Below, piece by piece: positions 40,057-47,793 of a stretch of 64,000 nucleotides of DNA. Each line of letters starts with the position of its first letter. Within the stretch, counting starts at the first letter, position 1. Below the pieces are notes generated by a model that was given only the letters and a program-made list of their open reading frames with translations, ran no database searches and had not been told where the DNA came from. Made by a program: the position numbers and the translations under genes. The DNA comes from Candidatus Saccharimonadales bacterium (GTDB taxonomy: Bacteria > Patescibacteriota > Saccharimonadia > Saccharimonadales > UBA10212), in the NCBI GenBank assembly GCA_049521895.1, contig JBEKOJ010000001.1:354717-418716 (forward strand), given 5' to 3'.

Positions 40057-40139
40057 CCAGTAGTAGACTTTCGAGTTGCCCCACCAGAGGTGGGGCTAAA
40101 TATCCGCGTAGGTGGATAATCTCGAAAGCTCACTACTGG
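40057..40139 (-). other. 83-nt three-way-junction-like structured element between the desulfurase stop and the atp promoter
   Basis: Sense: CCAGUAGUGAGCUUUCGAG...UAUCC-n8-GGAUA...GCCCCACC-ucu-GGUGGGGC...CUCGAAAGUCUACUACUGG. Confidence 0.45.
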
Positions 40140-40151
40140 ACTTAAGACTGG

Positions 40152-41300
40152 CTATCTGTTATTAGAAAGCACCAGACTGATTAATCTCAGGGTCTTTCCC
40201 AGATCGCGTATGGTAGTCGGGCGGCCGAAGCTGAAGCGCAGGCTAGCACGTGCTAACTCATCGCTCAGGCCTATGGCTTTAAGTACATGCGAGGCTTCGC
40301 TTTGACTGGCGCTGCAGGCGCTGCCCACAGCAACTTGCACGCCACGCTCATCCAGTTCCATCATTAGCCGTTCGTTATCGATGCCCGGGAAAGTAACGTT
40401 AACAATATGCGGCGATTGGTGTTTGTCCGAGCCATTAATTATGGTTTTAGGGAGTTGCTGCTGTAGCCGCCCCACAAAAAACTTACGCAGACCTTCAAGC
40501 TTTTCTACTTCTTCGTGCCGCTGTTTTTGGGCGATGTCCAGAGCTTTGGCCAGACCCACGGCGCCAGCGACATTTTCGGTGCCACTGCGCAGGCCATACT
40601 CTTGTCCGCCTCCCAGTATCTGGGGCTTTAATTTAACGGCGGAGTGTACATAAAGTGCACCGGTTTGCTTAGGGCCATAAATTTTACCGCCATTAACAGT
40701 TAGTAGATCAACGCCCAAACGGGTAGTTTGGAGACCCAGATAGCTTGGTGCCTGGGCAGCGTCGGTATGAAGATAAAGCGGTAATTTATTACCAGCCAGG
40801 CGTCGTGAATTGCTTAACTTGTTAAGTATTTGTGAAATTTTTCTTAGTGGTTGGATGGTTCCTAGCTCATTGTTAATCAGCATTACGCTGACTAGTACAG
40901 TTTTGTCGGTGAGCATTTTTTGCAATTTAGCGGTATCAACCATGCCCTGCGGTGTTACTGGTATCTGCCTACTATTGAATTGTCCGGCCGGCGCCAGGAC
41001 TGATTCGTGCTCAATAGAACTAACTAACAGTTCGCTGTCCGGGTAGCGGCGCATCACTCCATTTACCGCCAAGTTGTTAGCCTCGGTGGCTCCGGCAGTA
41101 AAGATAACCTCGCCAGGCCTAGCTCCTAAATTCCGGGCTACGCTAGCCCGGGCTTTATCAAGGTCCTTTCGCGCCGCCCGCCCGGCTAGATAGGTAGCCG
41201 ACGGGTTATGAAAATTCTGACTAAAATAAGGCTGCATCGCCCGTAATACCCGTGGGTCAAGCGGTGTGGCGGCGGCATAATCCAGATAGATGCTTCTCAT
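40152..41300 (-). CDS. cysteine desulfurase (class V aminotransferase, NifS/IscS-like)
   Basis: 382 aa with a class V fold pattern and a C-terminal active-site region GSACSAS. Confidence 0.8.
   Translation of the reverse strand: MRSIYLDYAAATPLDPRVLRAMQPYFSQNFHNPSATYLAGRAARKDLDKARASVARNLGARPGEVIFTAGATEANNLAVNGVMRRYPDSELLVSSIEHESVLAPAGQFNSRQIPVTPQGMVDTAKLQKMLTDKTVLVSVMLINNELGTIQPLRKISQILNKLSNSRRLAGNKLPLYLHTDAAQAPSYLGLQTTRLGVDLLTVNGGKIYGPKQTGALYVHSAVKLKPQILGGGQEYGLRSGTENVAGAVGLAKALDIAQKQRHEEVEKLEGLRKFFVGRLQQQLPKTIINGSDKHQSPHIVNVTFPGIDNERLMMELDERGVQVAVGSACSASQSEASHVLKAIGLSDELARASLRFSFGRPTTIRDLGKTLRLISLVLSNNR
40809..40829 (+). promoter_or_regulatory. intragenic partial copy of the marR-type box
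   Basis: AATTGCTTAACTTGTTAAGTAT(TT); the right half-site is perfect; lies antisense inside the desulfurase gene. Confidence 0.35.
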
Positions 41301-42094
41301 TTTATGCGCTCTTCGCCTAAGGAGAAAAATTCTACGGCATTTTTAGTCGAAGCCCTGGCGATTTGCTCGGGATCTTGTTGTCTAAGTTCAGCCAGAAAAC
41401 GGCAAGTATCAGCTGTGTGCTTAGGCTCACAGCGGCGGCCGCGGTAAGGTTTAGGTGTCAAAAACGGCGCGTCGGTTTCCAGCACCAGTCTCTCCAGTGG
41501 TACTTGCTTGGCGGCTTCCAGCCAACTATTATCCTTGGTGTAGGTCATCAGGCCATTAAGCGCAACCAGCAGCCCGCGCCCCAGTGCTTGTTCTAGCCTA
41601 TCCGGGCCGGCACTAAAACTATGTACTACGCCCCTAATATCGCTATAAGAGTCAAAGATGGACCAAAAATCATCCCAGGCCTCACGTACGTGGAATACAA
41701 ACGGCAGGTTGGTTTGCAGGCCAATCTCCAATTGCATCCGCAGCGCCTTAATCTGGTCAGCTTTGGGCGTGATATCACGGTAATAATCCAGGCCAATTTC
41801 GCCTACCGCCGCGACCTTTGGCTTGGCCAGCATTTTAGCCAGTTTGACACTAGCTTGTTCGTCCCCTAAAAAATCTGCACCATCATGCGGGTGCGCGCCG
41901 GCAGTCGCCCAAACTCCAGAATGGTCTTGGGCGAAGTTAATAGCTTTTTGGCTATCATCCAAACTGCAACCGACGCAGATTATACGTTTAACGCCGGCGG
42001 CCACGGAACTGGCTAAAACTTGCTTGCGGTCAGTATCGTAGTCAGCAAAGTGTAGGTGGCAGTGGGTATCAACCAGCTCAAGCGGCTCAGTCAT
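41297..42094 (-). CDS. tatD: TatD-family metal-dependent hydrolase
   Basis: DTHCHL N-terminal motif plus later HSF and LETDAPF motifs. Confidence 0.85.
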   Translation of the reverse strand: MTEPLELVDTHCHLHFADYDTDRKQVLASSVAAGVKRIICVGCSLDDSQKAINFAQDHSGVWATAGAHPHDGADFLGDEQASVKLAKMLAKPKVAAVGEIGLDYYRDITPKADQIKALRMQLEIGLQTNLPFVFHVREAWDDFWSIFDSYSDIRGVVHSFSAGPDRLEQALGRGLLVALNGLMTYTKDNSWLEAAKQVPLERLVLETDAPFLTPKPYRGRRCEPKHTADTCRFLAELRQQDPEQIARASTKNAVEFFSLGEERIK

Positions 42095-42106
42095 CCAGTC
42101 CCTCAG

Positions 42107-43549
42107 TCACCCAGCCGTTTTGTGCTTGGGAAACAATGTTCCCGGTAATGGTTTTAATATGCCGCTAGCAAAGACTGCTTTGATTTTAGTTGCCGTATCG
42201 GGCATGAAGGGGTTGAGCAGAGCAGCGATTTCCAACAGGCAGGCCACAGTGTAAGCCAGTACTTCACGCAGGTGCTCCTCGTCGCCGGTTTTGGCGATTT
42301 CCCAAGGCTTAGTCTCATCAATATATTGATTAAGGCCTTTAACCTGCTCCCAGACTTCGTCTAGCGCGCGGTCAAAACGACAATCACTTATAGCCTGCTG
42401 ATAAGGCGCGATGTCATGATCCGGGTCGGGGATATCACCTATCAGGCCTTTTTGATAACGTGTAATCATGGCCGCGGTACGTGAAACAGCGTTGCCCAAT
42501 TGGTCAGCCAGCTCATCGTTGTACGCGGCTTCCAAGCGCTTCCAGTTGAAGTCCCCGTCCTCATAGCTGGGGATGTGGCGCAGAAAGAAATAGCGGAAAG
42601 TATCAACGTTATACTTATGAACGATATCTATGGGAGCCACCACATTACCGAGAGTTTTACTCATTTTCTTACCATCTACTTCTATAAATCCGTGCACGTA
42701 AAGCAGTTTGGGCAACGGCAGACCAAGAGCCATAAGCATCGCTGGCCAGACAGCGGCATGAAAACGCAGGATGTCCTTGCCGATGACCTGCACGTCAGCC
42801 GGCCAGAATTTTTTAAAATCAGCTTGTTCGGGATAGCCCAAAACTGTGATGTAGTTCATTAAGGCTTCAAACCAAACATACATTACCTGGCTGGGATCGC
42901 CCGGTACAGTAATTCCCCAAGCAATCTTATCTTTCGGACGGCTAACGCTAATATCTTCCAGCCCATCTTTTAACACTGCCAGAATCTCGTTTTTGCGGCT
43001 TTGCGGGATTATAAGCAAGGCATCGGTCTCTATGGCTTGTTTGACCTTTTGCGTAAAAGTACTGAGCTTAAAAAAGTAGTTATCCTCCTCAAGATGCTCA
43101 TACGGCCGGTTATGTAGCGGGCATATGCCCTTATTGGCTTTGACGACCTGTTCGGGAAAATACTCCTCATGCCCCACGCAATACCAGCCGCTATATTTAC
43201 CCCTGTAAATATATGGGCTGAGACTTTTCCAAATTAGCTGGGCGCGTTGTTCGTGCCCGGGGTCGGTAGTGCGGATAAAGCGGTCGTTGCTGATATTTAA
43301 GTCCTTCATCAGGTCGCGGAAAGTTTGGCTGACTTTGTCAGTAAATTCTTGCGGAGTTAACTTGGCCTCAACAGCTTTTTCGGCGATTTTACCGCCATGC
43401 TCATCAGTGCCAGTGCTAAAGATGACTTCGTCGCCGAGCTGCCGGTGGTAACGCGCTAAAACATCGGCGTACAGATGCAACATGGCGTGGCCAAGGTGCG
43501 GCTTATCATTAACGTAAGGAATAGCCGTGGTAATGTAGAACTTACTCAT
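42107..43549 (-). CDS. metG: methionine--tRNA ligase (core form)
   Basis: HLGH-type motif (PHLGHA) and KMSKT. Confidence 0.9.
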   Translation of the reverse strand: MSKFYITTAIPYVNDKPHLGHAMLHLYADVLARYHRQLGDEVIFSTGTDEHGGKIAEKAVEAKLTPQEFTDKVSQTFRDLMKDLNISNDRFIRTTDPGHEQRAQLIWKSLSPYIYRGKYSGWYCVGHEEYFPEQVVKANKGICPLHNRPYEHLEEDNYFFKLSTFTQKVKQAIETDALLIIPQSRKNEILAVLKDGLEDISVSRPKDKIAWGITVPGDPSQVMYVWFEALMNYITVLGYPEQADFKKFWPADVQVIGKDILRFHAAVWPAMLMALGLPLPKLLYVHGFIEVDGKKMSKTLGNVVAPIDIVHKYNVDTFRYFFLRHIPSYEDGDFNWKRLEAAYNDELADQLGNAVSRTAAMITRYQKGLIGDIPDPDHDIAPYQQAISDCRFDRALDEVWEQVKGLNQYIDETKPWEIAKTGDEEHLREVLAYTVACLLEIAALLNPFMPDTATKIKAVFASGILKPLPGTLFPKHKTAG

Positions 43550-43582
43550 TATCTTAATTGTATCTGATCTGAGGGTTTACCG

Positions 43583-44098
43583 CTAGAACAGGGATGGTTG
43601 CACGGATCCAGATGAATCTTTATCTGTTTTCATTTTAATGCCTAGTTTTTGCGCTAGCCTCTCCAAAAATTCCACTTGAGCCGGGATAAGTTTACTGGCC
43701 GCTACATCCAGCGGAAAATAAACTGCGCGGTCAATTTCGGGAAATTCCTGCATTTTGCCGGAGCGCGGCGGCCACTCCATTTCAAAAGTGTTACTTTTTA
43801 CTTCACTAATGTCCAAGTTGCCTTCGACTGCCCAGGCGACTACAGTTTTACTATTTTTCTGCTCAATCATTCCTAGGTCCTGCCATTCGCCTTTCGGAAT
43901 TTCTTTACCCAGTTCTTCCTTAAATTCCCGCTTGGCTACTGACTTAGGGTTCTCATCTTCCCCATATTCGCCTTTGGGGACAGACCAATGCCCGGCATCT
44001 TTTTTAGCGTGGAACGGCCCGCCCATATGGGCAATTAACACCTCGATTGAGTTGCCTGCTTTTCTATAAACTAAAAGTCCTGCGCTGTGCTTTTTCAT
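43583..44098 (-). CDS. NUDIX hydrolase
   Basis: Nudix box GEYGEDENPKSVAKREFKEELG; start moved to MKKHSAG because the upstream extension overlaps tRNA-Val. Confidence 0.8.
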   Translation of the reverse strand: MKKHSAGLLVYRKAGNSIEVLIAHMGGPFHAKKDAGHWSVPKGEYGEDENPKSVAKREFKEELGKEIPKGEWQDLGMIEQKNSKTVVAWAVEGNLDISEVKSNTFEMEWPPRSGKMQEFPEIDRAVYFPLDVAASKLIPAQVEFLERLAQKLGIKMKTDKDSSGSVQPSLF

Positions 44099-44103
44099 AA
44101 TTT

Positions 44104-44179
44104 TGGTGGGATCAGAGGGATTTGAACCCCCGACTTCTTGCGTGTGATGCAAGCACTCTAGCCGCTGAGTTATGATCCC
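44104..44179 (-). tRNA. tRNA-Val (anticodon CAC)
   Basis: GGGATCA..TGATCCC-A-CCA, anticodon loop ATCACAC, T-loop TTCAAAT. Confidence 0.8.
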
Positions 44180-44210
44180 GCTCTAAGAATGATTATAGCC
44201 GATTCAATTT

Positions 44211-44378
44211 TTAGAACATATCTTTGGTTCTAACAGCTGCCCATATTCCCACAAAGGCGCCTATGGTGCCACCGATTATACTAATTGCCGAGAAAAAGCC
44301 TTGATGAAAAAGAACAGGCAGATATGAGCCGATGGAACTACCAATAAATATCCAAAGGTAAACATAACCTTTACTCAT
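44211..44378 (-). CDS. 55-aa small membrane protein (below the ORF-track cutoff)
   Basis: MSKGYVYLWIFIGSSIGSYLPVLFHQGFFSAISIIGGTIGAFVGIWAAVRTKDMF; two hydrophobic helices; native low GC. Confidence 0.4.
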   Translation of the reverse strand: MSKGYVYLWIFIGSSIGSYLPVLFHQGFFSAISIIGGTIGAFVGIWAAVRTKDMF

Positions 44379-44419
44379 CCCATTAAGCATAACAAATATG
44401 AATAGGAGATGGTGCCGAG

Positions 44420-44452
44420 ACGGCGGGCGTGGGAAGGTCCCGCGCCCGCCGT
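44420..44452 (-). terminator. GC-rich hairpin downstream of the foreign ORF (no U-tract)
   Basis: ACGGCGGGCG-n13-CGCCCGCCGT, a perfect 10-bp stem. Confidence 0.4.
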
Positions 44453-44459
44453 AAACCCT

Positions 44460-44933
44460 TCAGACCAGCGCGAAACTGGGGACGAAGGCGGGTCGCTCTC
44501 CTAGCGCATCCCTCTGGATGCCACTCCGAGAGAACTCAAGCCAAACGTCCTCGGCCGTCAAGTCATCGGGGCGGTACATCATTGCACCGCACACGAGACC
44601 CCATATGGCCTGAGTGTCAGTGGCGTGAGGTCTGATACCGGCGAGCCTGACGCAGGCTGCCAGCAACTCAGTGCGTACGGCCGTGCGATTCCCGAAAAGA
44701 AACGCGCCGTCGTAGAAGCGGCGGGCTTCCCGTCGGTTGCCCAACGCGAAAAGCGTTGCCGAGGCGTGGATGTAGACTCGCAAGAACACGCGTCGTGTTC
44801 TGCGGTGGCCGAAACGGTTGCAAGTCTCGTGGTAGCGGATAGCCGCTACTGACCTACAAGGTCGTTTCGTCATCCTTCTGGACCCGAATGCCTCAACTGC
44901 GTTGGCTGCTGCGGCAATAAGACCTTCCGACAT
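44460..44933 (-). CDS. hypothetical protein on a high-GC island
   Basis: 157 aa from an ATG with GAGGAGG 8 nt upstream; Arg-rich, helical, with no motif I recognise; GC clearly above the flanks. Confidence 0.55.
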   Translation of the reverse strand: MSEGLIAAAANAVEAFGSRRMTKRPCRSVAAIRYHETCNRFGHRRTRRVFLRVYIHASATLFALGNRREARRFYDGAFLFGNRTAVRTELLAACVRLAGIRPHATDTQAIWGLVCGAMMYRPDDLTAEDVWLEFSRSGIQRDALGERPAFVPSFALV

Positions 44934-45162
44934 TGGTACAGCCTCCTCTTGTTTGCACAACACGACTTTGAGACCAAAGAGACTATTAACGAAAGACCTT
45001 GGCTCTCACCACCTTCTTAAGGGTACGCGTCACTTTTAGGCGGACGCACGTTTGCCCTTTTAGTCTTCAGAGGCACTTGCGATTCGTCATCACAAGCTTA
45101 CTGCCTCCCCGCTGGGCTCTGGTGCTTGCTGACTTCAAGCCCAGCGGACAGGCAACAAAATT

Positions 45163-45327
45163 CGCGCTTCACATCTGGATGCAGTGCAAGGAAGCGGCGA
45201 GTAGCACAATGAGCTGTATTCTAAATACAGTGATTGAGCAACGGAGCCGCTGACACAGCAATGCGCCAGAAGCATTGGCGGTGCATCCGTCTTCGGCGGA
45301 TGGCAGGACAATGCGTTGTGAAGTGCG
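45163..45327 (+). ncRNA. candidate structured RNA, family copy C2
   Basis: P1 CGCGCUUCACA/UGUGAAGUGCG; P2 AGCGGC/GCCGCU; P3 CUGUAUU-cua-AAUACAG; hairpin CAAUGC-gccagaa-GCAUUG; hairpin CAUCCGUC-uuc-GGCGGAUG; a terminator follows. Confidence 0.6.
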
Positions 45328-45330
45328 AAT

Positions 45331-45365
45331 AAAAAACGACTGCTTCTTGCTGCAGTCGTTGTTTC
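45331..45365. terminator. intrinsic terminator (bidirectional shape)
   Basis: AAAAAACGACTGC-ttcttgct-GCAGTCGTTGTTT. Confidence 0.7.
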
Positions 45366-45538
45366 TAGCTTTTTGTTACTCTTGGTGCGCTATTTACCTA
45401 AACTGCAGCACTATCGCTCTTGACGAGGATAATCCAGCGGCCGGTAAACATGTGCTTTTGCACCATGCGTACCTTTATACCTTGCGAGCCAGATTTGCGC
45501 AAGTACTTTTTTAGCGGATTTTAAAGTATCCTAAAAGC

Positions 45539-46402
45539 GTGATATCTATTTTCCAAGCGATAATTCTAGGTTTGCTGCAGGGCTTAACCGAACTTTTTCC
45601 CATATCCAGCCTTGGCCACAGTGTGATCATCCCCAAGCTCTTGAGCTGGAATATTAACCAAAACAGCTCCAATTTTCTGACTTTCTTGGTGGCCACCCAT
45701 TTGGCCACCGCCATTGTGCTGTTCATCTTCTTTTGGGATGAGTGGGTGAAGATAATAAAAGCGATTTTCAGGTCGCTGCGGGCACGTTATATCGCCAGCG
45801 ACGATGCCTATGCCAAGCTGGGGTGGCTGCTAGTAGTGGGCACGATTCCGGCAGGCGTTATCGGCCTACTGTTCCAGGATTCGCTACGTAAATTCTTCGC
45901 TTCTGCCCAATACGCCGCCGGCTTTTTGATTATCAACGGATTGGTATTGATGTTAGCGGAGCGTTTGCGAAAAAATAATACTAGGGGCCAAGCCGCCGCC
46001 GCGGCCAGCACTAAAAGCATCGCCAAGTTGCGTTGGTCCCGGGCAGTTTACATCGGTACGGCCCAGGCGGCCGCTCTCTTCCCCGGTATTTCGCGCTCTG
46101 GTTCCTCTATGGCCGGTGGTCTTTTAACGGGCTTAAACAACGAAGATGCTGCCCGCTTTAGTTTCTTGTTAGCGACTCCAATAATTGGCGCAGCGGCACT
46201 ACTTAAACTGCCCGATTTATTCACGGCTTCTGCTGCATCACTGCGAGGAGCAGCCATAGCTGGAGCCATTGCAGCGGCGATAGCTGCCTACTTATCTGTA
46301 CGTTTCCTAATTAAGTATTTCCAGACCAATACGCTCAAGCCGTTTGCGCTTTACTGTTTGGCGGCCGGGATTATTGCAAGTCTTTACTTTGCCCTGACTT
46401 AG
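45539..46402 (+). CDS. uppP: undecaprenyl-diphosphate phosphatase
   Basis: BacA-family pattern (LLQGLTELFPISSLGH...PGISRSG); GTG start. Confidence 0.85.
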   Translation: MISIFQAIILGLLQGLTELFPISSLGHSVIIPKLLSWNINQNSSNFLTFLVATHLATAIVLFIFFWDEWVKIIKAIFRSLRARYIASDDAYAKLGWLLVVGTIPAGVIGLLFQDSLRKFFASAQYAAGFLIINGLVLMLAERLRKNNTRGQAAAAASTKSIAKLRWSRAVYIGTAQAAALFPGISRSGSSMAGGLLTGLNNEDAARFSFLLATPIIGAAALLKLPDLFTASAASLRGAAIAGAIAAAIAAYLSVRFLIKYFQTNTLKPFALYCLAAGIIASLYFALT

Positions 46403-46622
46403 ATTCGGGCTTGCTGCCCGAGGCAAACCATGCCCAAATAAAACAACCAACGCCAAGGACAAGTGCTAGCGCGCCGTGTTTAAGGTGGTGATGGACGGAT
46501 CTGATCTCATAGCCAGGCAGCCAATGCGGTAAAGATCCGGCTGCAGTCGCCCAGTAATAAATTGCCAAAGCTACGAATAATACACCTATGATTATCAATA
46601 TCGGTGTATAACTTTTTTTCAT
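46371..46622 (-). CDS. small two-helix membrane protein
   Basis: Start moved to MKKSY (AAGGAG 7 nt upstream); the 3' end overlaps the convergent uppP end by 32 nt. Confidence 0.5.
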   Translation of the reverse strand: MKKSYTPILIIIGVLFVALAIYYWATAAGSLPHWLPGYEIRSVHHHLKHGALALVLGVGCFIWAWFASGSKPESKSGQSKDLQ

Positions 46623-46650
46623 AGAATTCTCCTTATCCACACATCATATC

Positions 46651-46680
46651 AAAAAAGCACCAGAAATGACTTCTGATGCC
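46651..46680 (-). terminator. intrinsic terminator of tmRNA
   Basis: Sense: GCAUCAGAA-gucau-UUCUGGUGC-UUUUUU. Confidence 0.8.
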
Positions 46681-46684
46681 CATT

Positions 46685-47091
46685 TGGTGGAGCTGGTGGG
46701 CACTACCCCCACGTCCGATTGGTAACTAACCCAGGTGACTACAAGCTTAGATCGCTTGAAATTTCTTAAGCCAAACTATAGAAACGATCCAAAACAGTCC
46801 GGCTAAAGTCCATTAAACTTAATAAGCTGCGGGCGGACCACCCAGCTGCTTACGCGATCAGATAATATGGCGCCATGTCGTTTTATCTGATGTCAAACGA
46901 TTGACGGTAGCCTATTAAATTAGGCTACGTTGAGAGCAAAGCTGCGGGGAGCGAACAAGTTCGCGACCGCCTCAAATGCCCTAGAGATAGAGTTTTTGAC
47001 AGCTATCTTGTTTGATCCGGCTAACGTGCAGATCAATCCGGCCTGCCACCTGAATTGTTAAAGTCCATTCGTCGAGCTTAAATTCAGCCCC
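46685..47091 (-). ncRNA. ssrA: transfer-messenger RNA
   Basis: 5' GGGGCUGAAUUUAAGCUCGACG pairs with 3' CAGCUCC-A-CCA (G3-U pair as in tRNA-Ala); T-arm-like GUGGG-GGUAGUG-CCCAC; internal tag-like frame ending ...FALNVA-TAA (tag start not determined). Confidence 0.85.
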
Positions 47092-47173
47092 TCGTCGGAA
47101 CCTACGCCTCTACCTCGTTTTGCATTAGTTTGCAAAAGCTTTGGTTTAAGGCTATGTTCCTCCTCTCATTTTT
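47092..47173 (-). other. conserved structured 5' leader (copy L3) abutting tmRNA
   Basis: Sense: AAAAATGAGAGGAGGAACAUAGCC...GGCGUAGGUUCCGACGAG; central hairpin UUUUGCA/UGCAAAA. Confidence 0.6.
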
Positions 47174-47271
47174 GCAAGCAAGACAATTACTTGTCTCGCA
47201 AAATTGGATAAGAGTAGGTTACGTGAAGCGGATGAATTTTTAAGGATATCACTCCGGTAGTGACTACAGTC

Positions 47272-47299
47272 ATTATACCATAAAAGGTTTGTAAAGCAA
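47272..47299 (-). promoter_or_regulatory. promoter TTGCTT-16-TGGTATAAT for the tmRNA transcript
   Basis: Extended -10 at 47272-47280 (reverse complement); implies a leader of about 165-175 nt. Confidence 0.5.
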
Positions 47300-47305
47300 A
47301 GGTTT

Positions 47306-47734
47306 CTAGTGGTGGGAGAGTTTTTGGGCAGCGAATTCCAAGGCATCGGCTTCGCCCTTGTTGAGAGCCCTCAAGAACTTGCTTTGCTGGGACCTTAGAG
47401 CTTTTTCAGCCTTCTGATAGGTATGGTTGCCCTTGGTGGTTAGAATAACGTCGCGTTGCCGGCCGTCTTTTTTGTTCTTAGTAATGCTAACTAGCCCGTG
47501 CCTTTTCATCTCTTTGAGCTGGCGGCTGATATTGGCCTCGGTTTGGTTGAGCTCGGCTGCTAGATGCCGCTGCGATCGGGCGACAGATGAACTGAGGCCG
47601 CTCATTATTCGCGCCTGGCTTAGTCCTACTCCCGCCTTGGCCAAGAGAAGTTCTTCAGCCAGATGTTGTAAATTATACGTAAAGTGGAGCAGGGGAGGAA
47701 ATTTTGATTTTATGGTTGGCAAATTATTTTTCAT
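47306..47734 (-). CDS. MarR-family transcriptional regulator
   Basis: 142 aa with a winged-HTH pattern (SQRHLAAELNQTEANISRQLKEMKRHGLV). Confidence 0.8.
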   Translation of the reverse strand: MKNNLPTIKSKFPPLLHFTYNLQHLAEELLLAKAGVGLSQARIMSGLSSSVARSQRHLAAELNQTEANISRQLKEMKRHGLVSITKNKKDGRQRDVILTTKGNHTYQKAEKALRSQQSKFLRALNKGEADALEFAAQKLSHH

Positions 47735-47754
47735 ACTTAAAGCTTAAGGCTAAG

Positions 47755-47775
47755 ATACTTAACAAGTCAAGTATT
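47755..47775 (-). promoter_or_regulatory. palindromic box (candidate MarR operator) 20 nt upstream of the marR start
   Basis: Sense: AATACTTGACTTGTTAAGTAT; the half-sites ATACTTGAC / GTTAAGTAT form a 9-2-9 inverted repeat with one mismatch. Confidence 0.55.
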
Positions 47776-47793
47776 TTATGGTTGGGGCAGGGG

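Noticed and set aside
45385-45400. CTTGGTGC near the right edge of the high-GC islet as another tRNA-3'-end/att copy
   Set aside because: Only an 8-mer is shared, which is expected by chance about once or twice in 128 kb of two-strand sequence.
47152-47346. 64-aa ORF on the minus strand
   Set aside because: It lies across the tmRNA promoter and leader, has no SD, and its composition is atypical for coding sequence.
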